This document shows, piece by piece, positions 18,413 through 27,488 of a stretch of 64,000 nt of DNA. The notes beneath the pieces are model-generated. The model was not told the DNA's origin. It did no database searches and saw only the letters and a list, made by a program, of their open reading frames with translations. The stretch is from a bacterium (GTDB lineage Bacteria; Patescibacteriota; Minisyncoccia; Phycocordibacterales; UBA9973): assembly GCA_021824345.1 (NCBI GenBank), contig JAKAKW010000002.1, forward strand, positions 22,552 to 86,551, given 5' to 3'. A program made the position numbers and the translations under genes. Numbering within the stretch: the first letter of the stretch is position 1; every line of letters starts with the position of its first letter.

Positions 18413-18485
18413 TCCGCCCACTCGGGATCGAACCGAGGACCTTCTCCTTAAAAGGGAGCTGCTCTACCATCTGAGCTATGGGCGG
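18413..18485 (-). tRNA. tRNA-Lys(TTT)
   Basis: CCGCCCA-TAGCTCAGATGGTAGAGC-A-GCTCC CTTTTAA GGAGA-AGGTC-CTCGG TTCGATC CCGAG-TGGGCGG-A; CCA not encoded. Confidence 0.93.
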
Positions 18486-18581
18486 AATTGAACTTATCGC
18501 AATGCCTGGCCTTTGCGCGCAAAGGGGAAGCATCGCGGAACAAGCCAAATATATAAGAAAATTACGGGAAAATCAAATTAT

Positions 18582-19130
18582 CTACCCTTGCTGTTTCAGC
18601 CAGTCGATCATTTTTTGGAACGTACCCGGCCCGGCATTGCCGTCTGCGGTGAGCCCTTGCGCTTTCTGGAAGGCCGATACGGCCGTGACAGTGCTTTTGC
18701 CGTAGTCGTTATCTGCCTTCAAGGACGAGTTTCCGTATACCTGCAGGAACTTTTGAACCGTACCTACGCGGGTGCCCTGGGATTTTTCTTTCATTACGAT
18801 ATTATCGCTGATCAGCTTCTGCAGTTGGCCTATCAGATCCTGATATTTATATGTTGTCGAAGGGGTCTGGCTCTGGGAAGGAGACGGGGCCGGCTGTTCC
18901 GCCGAAGGGGCGCCGGAGGCGGGCTGGTTTTCCGATTGCAAAGCCGCCAGCTGGTCTTGCAGACTGCTCACCTGGTCCTGTAATTCCTGGTTCTGCTTGG
19001 AAAGCTCGGCCTCTTTCTGTTTTTCCGCGCTCAAGCTTCCGGGTTCTAGAGTTGCGAAGGCCCAATATCCCACGATGGCCAAAGCGACCAAGACGATTAA
19101 AAGAATCAATGCCGATTTAAATTTTTTCAT
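18582..19130 (-). CDS. Membrane-anchored peptidoglycan-binding-domain protein
   Basis: N-terminal TM, coiled coil, Pro/Ser linker, PG_binding_1-like V..VQKFL..ADNDYGKST..AV..FQ...GLTADG.AGPGT. Confidence 0.85.
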   Translation of the reverse strand: MKKFKSALILLIVLVALAIVGYWAFATLEPGSLSAEKQKEAELSKQNQELQDQVSSLQDQLAALQSENQPASGAPSAEQPAPSPSQSQTPSTTYKYQDLIGQLQKLISDNIVMKEKSQGTRVGTVQKFLQVYGNSSLKADNDYGKSTVTAVSAFQKAQGLTADGNAGPGTFQKMIDWLKQQG

Positions 19131-19186
19131 CGCATTTTGATTATATCATTCTTGTGTGAAATGCAAAAATACTGTAACATTTAGAG

Positions 19187-19324
19187 ATGTTGAAGTTTAG
19201 GATAAACAAAACATTGATCTATCTTTTGATTTTTACCGTAGCCACCTCCGCAATTGCGTACAATCTGGTCGTGCGGGCGTATGACGACGCTTTTAATATC
19301 GGTTACTTGTCCGCCGGAATGTAA
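19187..19324 (+). CDS. Small (45 aa) single-TM protein not in the ORF track
   Basis: MLKFRINKTLIYLLIFTVATSAIAYNLVVRAYDDAFNIGYLSAGM; TAACAT -10 box 6 nt before ATG; fills the intergenic gap. Confidence 0.5.
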   Translation: MLKFRINKTLIYLLIFTVATSAIAYNLVVRAYDDAFNIGYLSAGM

Positions 19325-20931
19325 TTTTTTATCAAACCGTCCACCATTTCCGGCTGGCTCGGATACAGGAACGAAAGCCAGTGCTTGGCCATGGCGCCGT
19401 TTCCCTCGGCCAAATAAAGAAATGCAAGGTTTTCATAAGCGCCGGCATACGGATATTGCTGTTCCAGGGCTTCAATATATAACTCTCTTGCCTTGGCATA
19501 ATCGCCTAGCTTGAAATATACCAGGCCGAGATTATTCAAACCTTTTGAATATACAGGCTTGATGCTTCTTGAATGTTCCAGTTCCTGTTTTGCCTTTTCC
19601 AAATCCCCGTCAAGGATATATACCGCTCCGGCGTTGGAGGATGAAAGCACGCTGTCCGGAGCGCATTTTGCATCGGCAAGAAACAGCTGTTTTTCCGTGA
19701 GCCAATCGCTTTGGCGGTTGAAAGCGATAATCGTGTATGCAAGGAAAATGGCAATCGCAAGAAAAGCCGTTATCCAAAAGGCTCCGGTTTTGCCCCGCCT
19801 TGCCCGTTCAAATATCCAGCCGGATGTTTTCCACAGCAGAAAAATCACCAGGAAGCATATTCCCAGGGAGGGGAACAGGAAAAGGCGCTCCCCGGCGATG
19901 GTCCCTATTCCGAAGAAGAAATTGGAAACGGGCAGAAATGAAAAGATGAAAATTCCTGCGCCGAGCGAAACCGCCGGCTGTTTTTTTATGAACGCGAAGA
20001 ACAGAAAGACCATGAGGATGAAAAAAGCGAGGCCGAGCAGGGCGTCCGCGCTTTCAAAATTATGGATTACCGGTATCTGATTGAAGGAATAGTCGGAGCA
20101 AAGGTTTAAGGGTACGAATGTTTTTGAAACATACATCCACAGCACCTTCAAAGCGGTCGCTACGCGCGATATGGGATCTGCGTATAGAAGCGGATTTTCC
20201 ACCATGCTGGTTTTTACTCCGCCGATATAGTTTTGGGGAGTCAGGGCGAAAAAGCGGGCGAAGAAGTAGAAAGCGGCGGCAAGTATTGCGGCGTAAATCG
20301 GGCGGAAATTTTCTTTCCAGAATTTCCGGCCGAAGCTTTTTTCCCTGAAGAAAAGAATCAGAAAGACCAGCGGAACAGCCGCCACGGCGATTTCTTTTGA
20401 ACAGATTGCCAGGAATACCCATAGTCCCACGAGCCAGAATCTGGGCTTCTTTTCTCTGGCGGATTCGAGCATGGCCAGTATGGAAAAGAGCAGGGCCAAG
20501 ATATCCGCTCGGCCGGTAATATTCGCCACCGCTTCGGTATGAATGGGAAGGACAAGAAAAAGCAAAGCCGCCGCAAGCGCCGGAGCTTTGCTTTTGAATA
20601 TTCTTTCGGCCAAGAGATATATGAAGAAACAGGCCAATAAGTACAGCAAGATGTTTTCCAAATGAAACCAAGCGGGGCTTTGACCGAAAGCGGAAAGATC
20701 AAAAGCGAAATTTGCGATGGACAATGGGCGGTACAGCGCCGTGCCGCTGTCCCAATACGGATGCAAAAGTATTTGTCCGAGATTGCCGCCCGTCAGCCAA
20801 CTCGAGTTATCCAAAATATAGATATCGTCCTTTACAAAGTTTCCCGCCAGAGACTGGCCGTAGATTAAAATGACCAGAAAGAAAAAAAGGAAGAATATGG
20901 CCCGCTTCTTTTTCAGCATGTCTTTCAGCAT
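19303..20931 (-). CDS. TMTC-like GT-C glycosyltransferase (DUF1736) with TPR repeats
   Basis: F..DD, YRPL, PIHTEAVANITGRADIL, SKE, ENP, LCSDY, AGERLF.PS; multiple TM helices; C-terminal TPRs. Confidence 0.82.
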   Translation of the reverse strand: MLKDMLKKKRAIFFLFFFLVILIYGQSLAGNFVKDDIYILDNSSWLTGGNLGQILLHPYWDSGTALYRPLSIANFAFDLSAFGQSPAWFHLENILLYLLACFFIYLLAERIFKSKAPALAAALLFLVLPIHTEAVANITGRADILALLFSILAMLESAREKKPRFWLVGLWVFLAICSKEIAVAAVPLVFLILFFREKSFGRKFWKENFRPIYAAILAAAFYFFARFFALTPQNYIGGVKTSMVENPLLYADPISRVATALKVLWMYVSKTFVPLNLCSDYSFNQIPVIHNFESADALLGLAFFILMVFLFFAFIKKQPAVSLGAGIFIFSFLPVSNFFFGIGTIAGERLFLFPSLGICFLVIFLLWKTSGWIFERARRGKTGAFWITAFLAIAIFLAYTIIAFNRQSDWLTEKQLFLADAKCAPDSVLSSSNAGAVYILDGDLEKAKQELEHSRSIKPVYSKGLNNLGLVYFKLGDYAKARELYIEALEQQYPYAGAYENLAFLYLAEGNGAMAKHWLSFLYPSQPEMVDGLIKNYIPADK

Positions 20932-21011
20932 CCATTTATGATATCACTTTTTTGGTGTATATTGGGATGACGGAATCGTTCCGGCGGCTGTCGGGACGGA
21001 CAACAGGAACT

Positions 21012-23243
21012 ATGGCCAAAACAGGCAAAAACTTCATATTAAAAAGCCCGTTTGCTCCCGCTGGGGACCAGCCCAAGGCTATTGCCGAACTCTCAAAAGG
21101 ATTGCAAAAAGGAATGCGAAAGCAGACCTTGCTCGGCGCCACCGGCACGGGCAAGACTTTTACCATGGCCAACGTGATTGCGGAATATGACAAGCCGACC
21201 CTGGTCATCGCGCACAACAAAACCCTGGCCGCCCAACTGGCCCAGGAATTTCGCGAATTTTTTCCGGATGCCGCCGTGCACTATTTCGTTTCATACTACG
21301 ACTATTATCAGCCGGAAGCGTATATGCCGGTGTCGGACACATATATAGAGAAGGACGCGCAGATAAATCAGGAGATCGACCGCCTGCGCCACGCCAGCAC
21401 CCAGGCTCTGCTTACCCGGCGGGACGTGATCATTGTGGCGAGCGTTTCCTGCATCTACGGATTGGGATCTCCGGAGGAATATGAGCGGGTAAACTTGAAA
21501 CTGGAGGTCGGCATGAAGGCGGACCGCACGGCCCTGATGAAAAAACTCATCAGCATATACTTTGAACGCACCAATGCAGACCTTCTGCCGGGCACCTTCC
21601 GTGCAATCGGTTCGCGGGTGGAATTCATGCCCGTATCCGAGACGGTAATGTATCAGGCGGAGCTTGAGGGAGGAAAAATTTCCAAGATTTTGAAAGTAGA
21701 CCCGGTGTCTTCGCATGTGCTGTCAGAGGAAAAAAGCGTTTTTATTTTCCCCGCCAAGCATTTCATCACGGAAGAGTCCGCAAAGAAAAGAGCGGTCGCC
21801 GATATCCGGGCTGAACTGAAGCAGCAGCTTAAAAAGTTTGAAAAAGAAGGAAAACTTTTAGAGGCTGAACGCTTAAAACGCAGGACGAATTATGATTTGG
21901 CAATGATCCAGGAAATCGGCTATTGCAACGGCATAGAAAATTATTCCAGGCATCTTTCCGGGAAGTCCCCCGGCCAGCCTCCGGAGACGCTGCTGTCATA
22001 TTTTCCGCACGCAAGTGCTGGAACAGGCAAGAACCTTTCTCTTCGGGGTGTCTCGCAGCGCGTCGGCGCGAGAGGCAGCGCCGGCCCAGCGGGGCCAGAC
22101 AGCGACCCCGAAAAGGAAGGCTCCTTACCTGTTCCGGATTTCCTTACGATCATAGACGAATCACATGTGACCTTGCCCCAGCTTTCCGGCATGTATGCCG
22201 GGGACGCATCCCGCAAAGAAACCTTGGTGGAGTATGGCTTCCGCCTGCCGAGCGCCAAGGACAATCGTCCTTTAAAATATGAGGAATTTCAGGAACGTAT
22301 AGGACCGGTGATTTACACCAGTGCCACGCCGGGAGAACAGGAGAGGGAAGAAAGCGCCCAGATAGTGGAGCAAATAATACGGCCGACAGGGCTTTTGGAT
22401 CCGGAGATATCCGTTCGTCCGATCAGTGAAAAAGGGAAATACCCCGGCCAGATACAGGATTTCATCGCGGAGGCAGAGAAGACAGTAAAGAATGGATTTA
22501 GGGTGTTGGCGACCACTCTCACCAAAAAAATGGCGGAGGATTTGTCCGCATATCTTAAAGAAAGAAAAATCAAGGCCGAATATTTGCATAGCGAGATAAA
22601 GACCATATACCGCATCCGCATTATCACCAAATTCCGCAAAGGCGAGTTTGACATTCTGGTGGGAGTGAACCTGTTGCGCGAGGGATTGGATCTTCCGGAG
22701 GTCGCCCTGATCGGAATCTTGGATGCGGACAAGGAAGGATTCCTCCGCTCTGAAACCGCCCTTGTCCAAACCATTGGCCGGGCCGCCCGGAATTCCGAAG
22801 GGCGGGTGATTCTTTATGCGGATGTTCCGACCGGTTCAATGCAGAGGGCTATAGAAGAAACCAACCGCCGGCGGGAGATCCAGATTGCGTACAACAAAAA
22901 ACATGGCATCACCCCGAAAACGATCATGAAGAATATCAAGGACATTGCCCAGGAACTGGAAAGCGAACACGACAAGGCGGTGGGGGCGGAGCTGTCTCTT
23001 GATACCGAGCTGTTTAAAAAAATATATGCCAAAGAGCTCGGGAATAAAGGGAAGACAGAGAGCCAAACACTCCGGAACGCGGCCCTGTCGGATGATGAAA
23101 GGGACAAGCTGGTGTATGAAAAAATAATCAAGATAAAAGAAAAAGACATGAGGAAAGCGGTAAAAGAGCTGGATTTTGAAACCGCGGCCATTCTTCGGGA
23201 CGAAATTTCCGCGCTGAAAGAGAAAATGGAAAAAGCCGAGTAG
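21012..23243 (+). CDS. uvrB: Excinuclease ABC subunit B
   Basis: GATGTGKT, AHNKTLAAQL, YYDYYQPEAY, DESH, GFRLPSA, QTIGRAARN; contains a ~40-codon palindromic insert. Confidence 0.97.
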   Translation: MAKTGKNFILKSPFAPAGDQPKAIAELSKGLQKGMRKQTLLGATGTGKTFTMANVIAEYDKPTLVIAHNKTLAAQLAQEFREFFPDAAVHYFVSYYDYYQPEAYMPVSDTYIEKDAQINQEIDRLRHASTQALLTRRDVIIVASVSCIYGLGSPEEYERVNLKLEVGMKADRTALMKKLISIYFERTNADLLPGTFRAIGSRVEFMPVSETVMYQAELEGGKISKILKVDPVSSHVLSEEKSVFIFPAKHFITEESAKKRAVADIRAELKQQLKKFEKEGKLLEAERLKRRTNYDLAMIQEIGYCNGIENYSRHLSGKSPGQPPETLLSYFPHASAGTGKNLSLRGVSQRVGARGSAGPAGPDSDPEKEGSLPVPDFLTIIDESHVTLPQLSGMYAGDASRKETLVEYGFRLPSAKDNRPLKYEEFQERIGPVIYTSATPGEQEREESAQIVEQIIRPTGLLDPEISVRPISEKGKYPGQIQDFIAEAEKTVKNGFRVLATTLTKKMAEDLSAYLKERKIKAEYLHSEIKTIYRIRIITKFRKGEFDILVGVNLLREGLDLPEVALIGILDADKEGFLRSETALVQTIGRAARNSEGRVILYADVPTGSMQRAIEETNRRREIQIAYNKKHGITPKTIMKNIKDIAQELESEHDKAVGAELSLDTELFKKIYAKELGNKGKTESQTLRNAALSDDERDKLVYEKIIKIKEKDMRKAVKELDFETAAILRDEISALKEKMEKAE
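22018..22137. repeat. In-frame palindromic element in uvrB
   Basis: Arms GGAACAGGCAAGAACCTTTCTCTTCGGGGT / ACCCCGAAAAGGAAGGCTCCTTACCTGTTCC; encodes a non-UvrB low-complexity peptide before FLTIIDESH. Confidence 0.8.
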
Positions 23244-23316
23244 CCGTGCTATACTAAACGGAGTTTAATATGTAGATACACACCCCCATGGAACAATGCG
23301 GGGTGCGATTGTCGTT

Positions 23317-26007
23317 ATGCCAAAGAAAACGGCCGAGAGCCGAAAAAACCAAGAAAATAAAGGGTCAATTGCCCGCCAGGGAGGAGAACACTCACATGAT
23401 GAATCCGGACGGATAGTGATAAAGGGCGCCCGCACTCACAATCTCAAGAGCATAAATGTGGAGATGCCCCGCAACAAAATGATCGTACTGACGGGGGTAT
23501 CCGGATCGGGCAAAAGTTCTCTCGCTTTTGACACCGTCTTTGCCGAAGGCCAGCGCCGTTACGTGGAGTCGCTTTCTTCTTATGCCCGCCAGTTTCTGAA
23601 TCAGATGCCCAAGCCCGACGTGGATGAAATCAGCGGACTCTCTCCGGCCATTTCCATAGATCAAAAATCCCGTTCCAACAATCCGCGTTCCACAGTGGCG
23701 ACCATTACGGAAATATACGACTATCTGCGCGTGATGTACGCTCGCATCGGCCATCCGCACTGCCCGGTGTGCGGAGAGGAAATCAAAAAGCTTTCCAATG
23801 AGGAAATTTTCAACTTCATCATGGGCAAGTTGAAGGATTTTGAGAAGAAGAACAAGCGAAAGGTAATGGGCGTTGAATGGAACGAGACCGAAATGAGCAT
23901 TTTTTCTCCGGTCGTGCGAGGCCGCAAAGGCGAGTATTATCAATTGCTTTACGACTTGCTGGGCAAGGGCTTTTCCGAGGTGCGCCTGGACGGGACAATA
24001 AAGAAACTTCGCGAACAGATCGTACTTTCCAAGAATAAGGCGCACAATATTGATGTGCTGGTGGATCGTTTCTCTCTGCATGAATTTGACGCGGACAAGG
24101 AAGGAAGCGCGATGCGCTTGTCCGAAGCCATTGAGCGGGCCCTGCTTGAATCCGAGGGGCTGGTGGCCATCAAAATAGGGGAGGAAGAGGAGTTTATCAT
24201 GTCTGCCAAGTTCGCCTGCAAGAACGACGGATTTTCTTTTCCGGAAGTGGAGCCCCGGCTTTTTTCTTTCAACTCTCCGTACGGAGCCTGCCCCTCTTGC
24301 AACGGGCTGGGCACCAAATACTTCGGCGGGACGGAGCTGTGCGACGAATGCCGCGGCGCCCGCTTGCGCTCCGAGGCTTTGCACGTATATTTATATGCCG
24401 GGCCCGAACATTCTTCCGCCAAGGAAAATAGAAAAAATATTTTAGACCTGTCTTCCTTGTCCATCGCCGAGGCGGCTGAATTTTTTAAGAAGCTGAAGCT
24501 GTCTGAAAAAGAGCGGGAGATATCTCTGCCGGTGGTAAAGGAAATAGAGGCCCGCCTCCAATTCATGCTGGACGTGGGTTTGGATTATCTGCAATTGTCC
24601 CGCAAGGCAAACACCCTTTCCGGCGGAGAGGCCCAGCGCATAAGGCTGGCCAGCCAATTGGGTTCCCGGCTGGTGGGCGCCCTGTATGTGCTCGACGAAC
24701 CCACTATCGGCCTGCATCAGCGCGACAACGACCGGCTGATCCGAACTCTTTTAAACTTGCGGGACTTGGGCAACACCATTTTGGTGGTGGAGCACGACGA
24801 AGACACGATTTATGCTTCCGATTATATCGTAGATATAGGGCCGAAGGCGGGAGTGCACGGCGGAGAAGTGGTGGTTTCCGGATATTTGGACGATCTGCTT
24901 ACCGCAAAAAAGAACGCGAGCGAATCCCGCACTCTTTCGTATTTGCGGGGAGAAGAAAAAATATTAGTGCCGGAAAAGCGGCGGAGCGGGAAAGGCGCTC
25001 TGCGGGTGGCGGGAGGAAAAATTTTCAACATCAAGAACATGAATGTGGATATTCCGCTCGGAGTGATGAGCGTGATCACCGGCGTGTCCGGGAGCGGAAA
25101 AAGCTCCCTTATGTATGAGATTATATACAAAAACCTGCAAGCCAGATTTGAGCGCAAATATCGTTCCGCGCAGACGTTCAATTGCGCTTCTTTTTCGGGC
25201 ACGGAGTATCTCTCTCGGGCCATACTCATAGACCAGTCGCCCATCGGCAGAACTCCCCGCTCCAATCTTGCCACCTACACGGGCGCTTTTACTCATATCC
25301 GGGAGCTTTTTGCCGCCACTGAAGACGCCAGGCTGAGAGGATGGAAGCTGAATCGATTTTCTTTCAATGTTAAAGGGGGCCGGTGCGAGGCCTGCGAAGG
25401 GAACGGCATGATCGCGGTGGAAATGCACTTCTTGCCGACGGTATACGTTACTTGCGACGTGTGCGGAGGCAAGCGCTTTGACAAAGAAACCCTGACGGTA
25501 AAATACAAGAAGAAAAATATTTATGAGGTGCTGAAAATGACAGTCGAAGAAGGATTGGAATTTTTCAAAGACATTCCCGCCATTGCCGACCGCTTGCATA
25601 CTCTGTTTGACGTGGGGCTCGGATATCTTGAACTCGGCCAGCCAGCCACCACTTTGTCCGGCGGAGAGGCGCAAAGAGTGAAAATATCCAGCGAGCTGTA
25701 CCGCCCGCATCTGGAAAAGACCATATATCTCTTGGACGAACCGACTGTCGGCCTGCATTATGACGATGTGGCAAAGCTTCTGGAGGTTCTCGGAAAGCTT
25801 GTTGCGCACGGCAATACAGTGGTGCTCATCGAGCACAACCTGGACATTGTGAAGAGCGCGGATTATATAATAGATATCGGGCCGGAAGGGGGAGTGGGTG
25901 GTGGAACGCTCGTCGCCAAGGGTACGCCGGAGGATGTGGCCAATAATTCCAAGAGTTATACCGGACAGTATCTGAAAAAAGTTCTAAGAAATGCGGGAAG
26001 AATATGA
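23317..26007 (+). CDS. uvrA: Excinuclease ABC subunit A
   Basis: GARTHNLK, two GVSGSGKSS Walker A, two LSGGEAQR, Zn fingers; alternative start 23296. Confidence 0.97.
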   Translation: MPKKTAESRKNQENKGSIARQGGEHSHDESGRIVIKGARTHNLKSINVEMPRNKMIVLTGVSGSGKSSLAFDTVFAEGQRRYVESLSSYARQFLNQMPKPDVDEISGLSPAISIDQKSRSNNPRSTVATITEIYDYLRVMYARIGHPHCPVCGEEIKKLSNEEIFNFIMGKLKDFEKKNKRKVMGVEWNETEMSIFSPVVRGRKGEYYQLLYDLLGKGFSEVRLDGTIKKLREQIVLSKNKAHNIDVLVDRFSLHEFDADKEGSAMRLSEAIERALLESEGLVAIKIGEEEEFIMSAKFACKNDGFSFPEVEPRLFSFNSPYGACPSCNGLGTKYFGGTELCDECRGARLRSEALHVYLYAGPEHSSAKENRKNILDLSSLSIAEAAEFFKKLKLSEKEREISLPVVKEIEARLQFMLDVGLDYLQLSRKANTLSGGEAQRIRLASQLGSRLVGALYVLDEPTIGLHQRDNDRLIRTLLNLRDLGNTILVVEHDEDTIYASDYIVDIGPKAGVHGGEVVVSGYLDDLLTAKKNASESRTLSYLRGEEKILVPEKRRSGKGALRVAGGKIFNIKNMNVDIPLGVMSVITGVSGSGKSSLMYEIIYKNLQARFERKYRSAQTFNCASFSGTEYLSRAILIDQSPIGRTPRSNLATYTGAFTHIRELFAATEDARLRGWKLNRFSFNVKGGRCEACEGNGMIAVEMHFLPTVYVTCDVCGGKRFDKETLTVKYKKKNIYEVLKMTVEEGLEFFKDIPAIADRLHTLFDVGLGYLELGQPATTLSGGEAQRVKISSELYRPHLEKTIYLLDEPTVGLHYDDVAKLLEVLGKLVAHGNTVVLIEHNLDIVKSADYIIDIGPEGGVGGGTLVAKGTPEDVANNSKSYTGQYLKKVLRNAGRI

Positions 26008-26021
26008 ACAAGAAAAAAAGA

Positions 26022-26102
26022 GGTGGGAGGCCTTGCCTCCCACCAAAAAAGATGTGTTCTGCCAGAACATAAAATAAAAAGTGGGAGGCAAGGCCTCCCA
26101 CC
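26022..26102. repeat. Composite palindromic element (same family as 40025-40122, opposite orientation)
   Basis: GTGGGAGGCCTTGCCTCCCAC-spacer-GTGGGAGGCAAGGCCTCCCAC; spacer TGTGTTCTGCCAGAACATAAAATAA resembles the reverse complement of the 40 kb copy's spacer. Confidence 0.8.
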
Positions 26103-26124
26103 GGGCCTCGCTGACTTCAAAATC

Positions 26125-27432
26125 ATGAGAGCAGAAACATTTAAAAAATATAATTTGCCTGACAAGCCCGGAGTGTATTTTTTTCTGAAAGGGAAGCAGA
26201 TCCTATACATCGGCAAAGCAACTTCGCTCAAGAGCAGGGTGAAAAGCTATTTCTCCCGCGATCTTTTTGAAACCCGCGGTCCGCTTTTGGTGGAGATGCT
26301 CGCCAAGGCTACTCGCATTGAATGGCAAGCAACCGACAGCGTACTGGAAGCGCTGATCCTTGAAGCCAAACTGATCAAAAAGCGCCAGCCGAAATACAAT
26401 ACGGATCAGAAATCTGACAAAAGCTGGAACTATGTCTGTATTACCAAAGACCCTCTGCCGAAAGTGGTGCTGAAAAGAGAGCGCCAGCTTGAATTTGATG
26501 AAGAGAAAGCATATCGCGCGAGCTACGGGCCGTTCACCCAGGGCGGTCAGCTGCGCGAAGCTCTGAAAATCATTCGGCGCATCTTTCCTTATCTGGATGG
26601 CAGTTCAAAGCAGGGTTATGAGTTTTACAAACAGCTGGGTTTGGCGCCGGATTTGGCAAAAAAGAAAGCGTATTTGGAAAATATAAAAAATATCAGGCTT
26701 CTTTTTGAAGGAAAAAAGAAGAAAATTCTGAAAGACCTGGAGAAGAAGATGAAGGAATTTGCCAAAAGGAGTGAGTTTGAAATGGCCGGAGAATTCAAGC
26801 GCCAGCTTTTCGCCCTTAAGCATATAAATGACATCGCTTTGCTCAAGAACGAAAGCACGGCTTCGCAAAGATATGTTTTTCCTCAGGTCCTCGGTTCTCC
26901 TCGCCATAGGTCTGCTCCTGCGGAGCTGGAAGCTCGGCCAGACCATTCGGAAAGACATATCTTTGCTTTTCCGTTTAGGATTGAGGCATATGACGTTGCC
27001 CACATGGGCGGGAAGAATATGGTGGGGGTGATGACGGTGGTGGAAGACGGGCAGGCGGTAAAAAGCCAGTATCGCAAATTCAAAATCCGTACCAGGGAAG
27101 ATGCCGATGATACCGGCGCATTGCAGGAGGTGCTCTCCCGCCGCTGGGCGCACGAAGAGTGGCAATATCCGAACCTTATAGTGGTGGACGGCAGTACGGC
27201 GCAGATAAATGCGGCAGAAAAGGTTTTGCGGGAGGCCGGCTTGCCCGCAAAAGGCGCCGGCATTCCCGTTCTCTCCGTAGTCAAGGACGAGCGCCATCGC
27301 CCCAAGGCCATAAAAGGGGACAGAACCCTGGCCCGCAAGTATGAAGCTGAGGTTCTCCTTGCCAACAGCGAGGCTCACCGCTTTGCCATCGCCTACCACA
27401 AGAATCTCCGCAACCGGAATTTTTTGAACTAG
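26125..27432 (+). CDS. uvrC: Excinuclease ABC subunit C (short form, no C-terminal HhH)
   Basis: LPDKPGVY..YIGKA..L..RV.SYF GIY-YIG; RIEAYDVAH, YRKFKI, PNLIVVDG, EAHRFAI; start moved to ATG 26125. Confidence 0.93.
   Translation: MRAETFKKYNLPDKPGVYFFLKGKQILYIGKATSLKSRVKSYFSRDLFETRGPLLVEMLAKATRIEWQATDSVLEALILEAKLIKKRQPKYNTDQKSDKSWNYVCITKDPLPKVVLKRERQLEFDEEKAYRASYGPFTQGGQLREALKIIRRIFPYLDGSSKQGYEFYKQLGLAPDLAKKKAYLENIKNIRLLFEGKKKKILKDLEKKMKEFAKRSEFEMAGEFKRQLFALKHINDIALLKNESTASQRYVFPQVLGSPRHRSAPAELEARPDHSERHIFAFPFRIEAYDVAHMGGKNMVGVMTVVEDGQAVKSQYRKFKIRTREDADDTGALQEVLSRRWAHEEWQYPNLIVVDGSTAQINAAEKVLREAGLPAKGAGIPVLSVVKDERHRPKAIKGDRTLARKYEAEVLLANSEAHRFAIAYHKNLRNRNFLN
26857..26974. repeat. In-frame palindromic element in uvrC
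   Basis: Arms GCAAAGATATGTTTTTCC (26865) / GGAAAGACATATCTTTGC (26949); lies between the UVR and RNase H-like domains. Confidence 0.8.
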
Positions 27433-27457
27433 GGCGTAGGGTACCCCTCCGCCCTAG
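27429..27457. repeat. Short palindromic repeat, GGGCGGAGGGTA(A/C)CCCTCCGCCC family
   Basis: Related copies at 29252-29274, 43493-43527 and 57269-57311. Confidence 0.7.
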
Positions 27458-27488
27458 AATTTTGGTGTAAAGATGGTACTATTAATTT

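Noticed and set aside
22018-22137. Intein or self-splicing intron in uvrB/uvrC
   Set aside because: Far too short; no C/S...HN intein ends or group I/II core; DNA symmetry explains the inserts
20936-27399. Long antisense ORFs (e.g. 23392-24384, 24964-25836, 26605-27399) over uvrBAC
   Set aside because: Shadow frames of well-conserved GC-rich genes with no protein motifs
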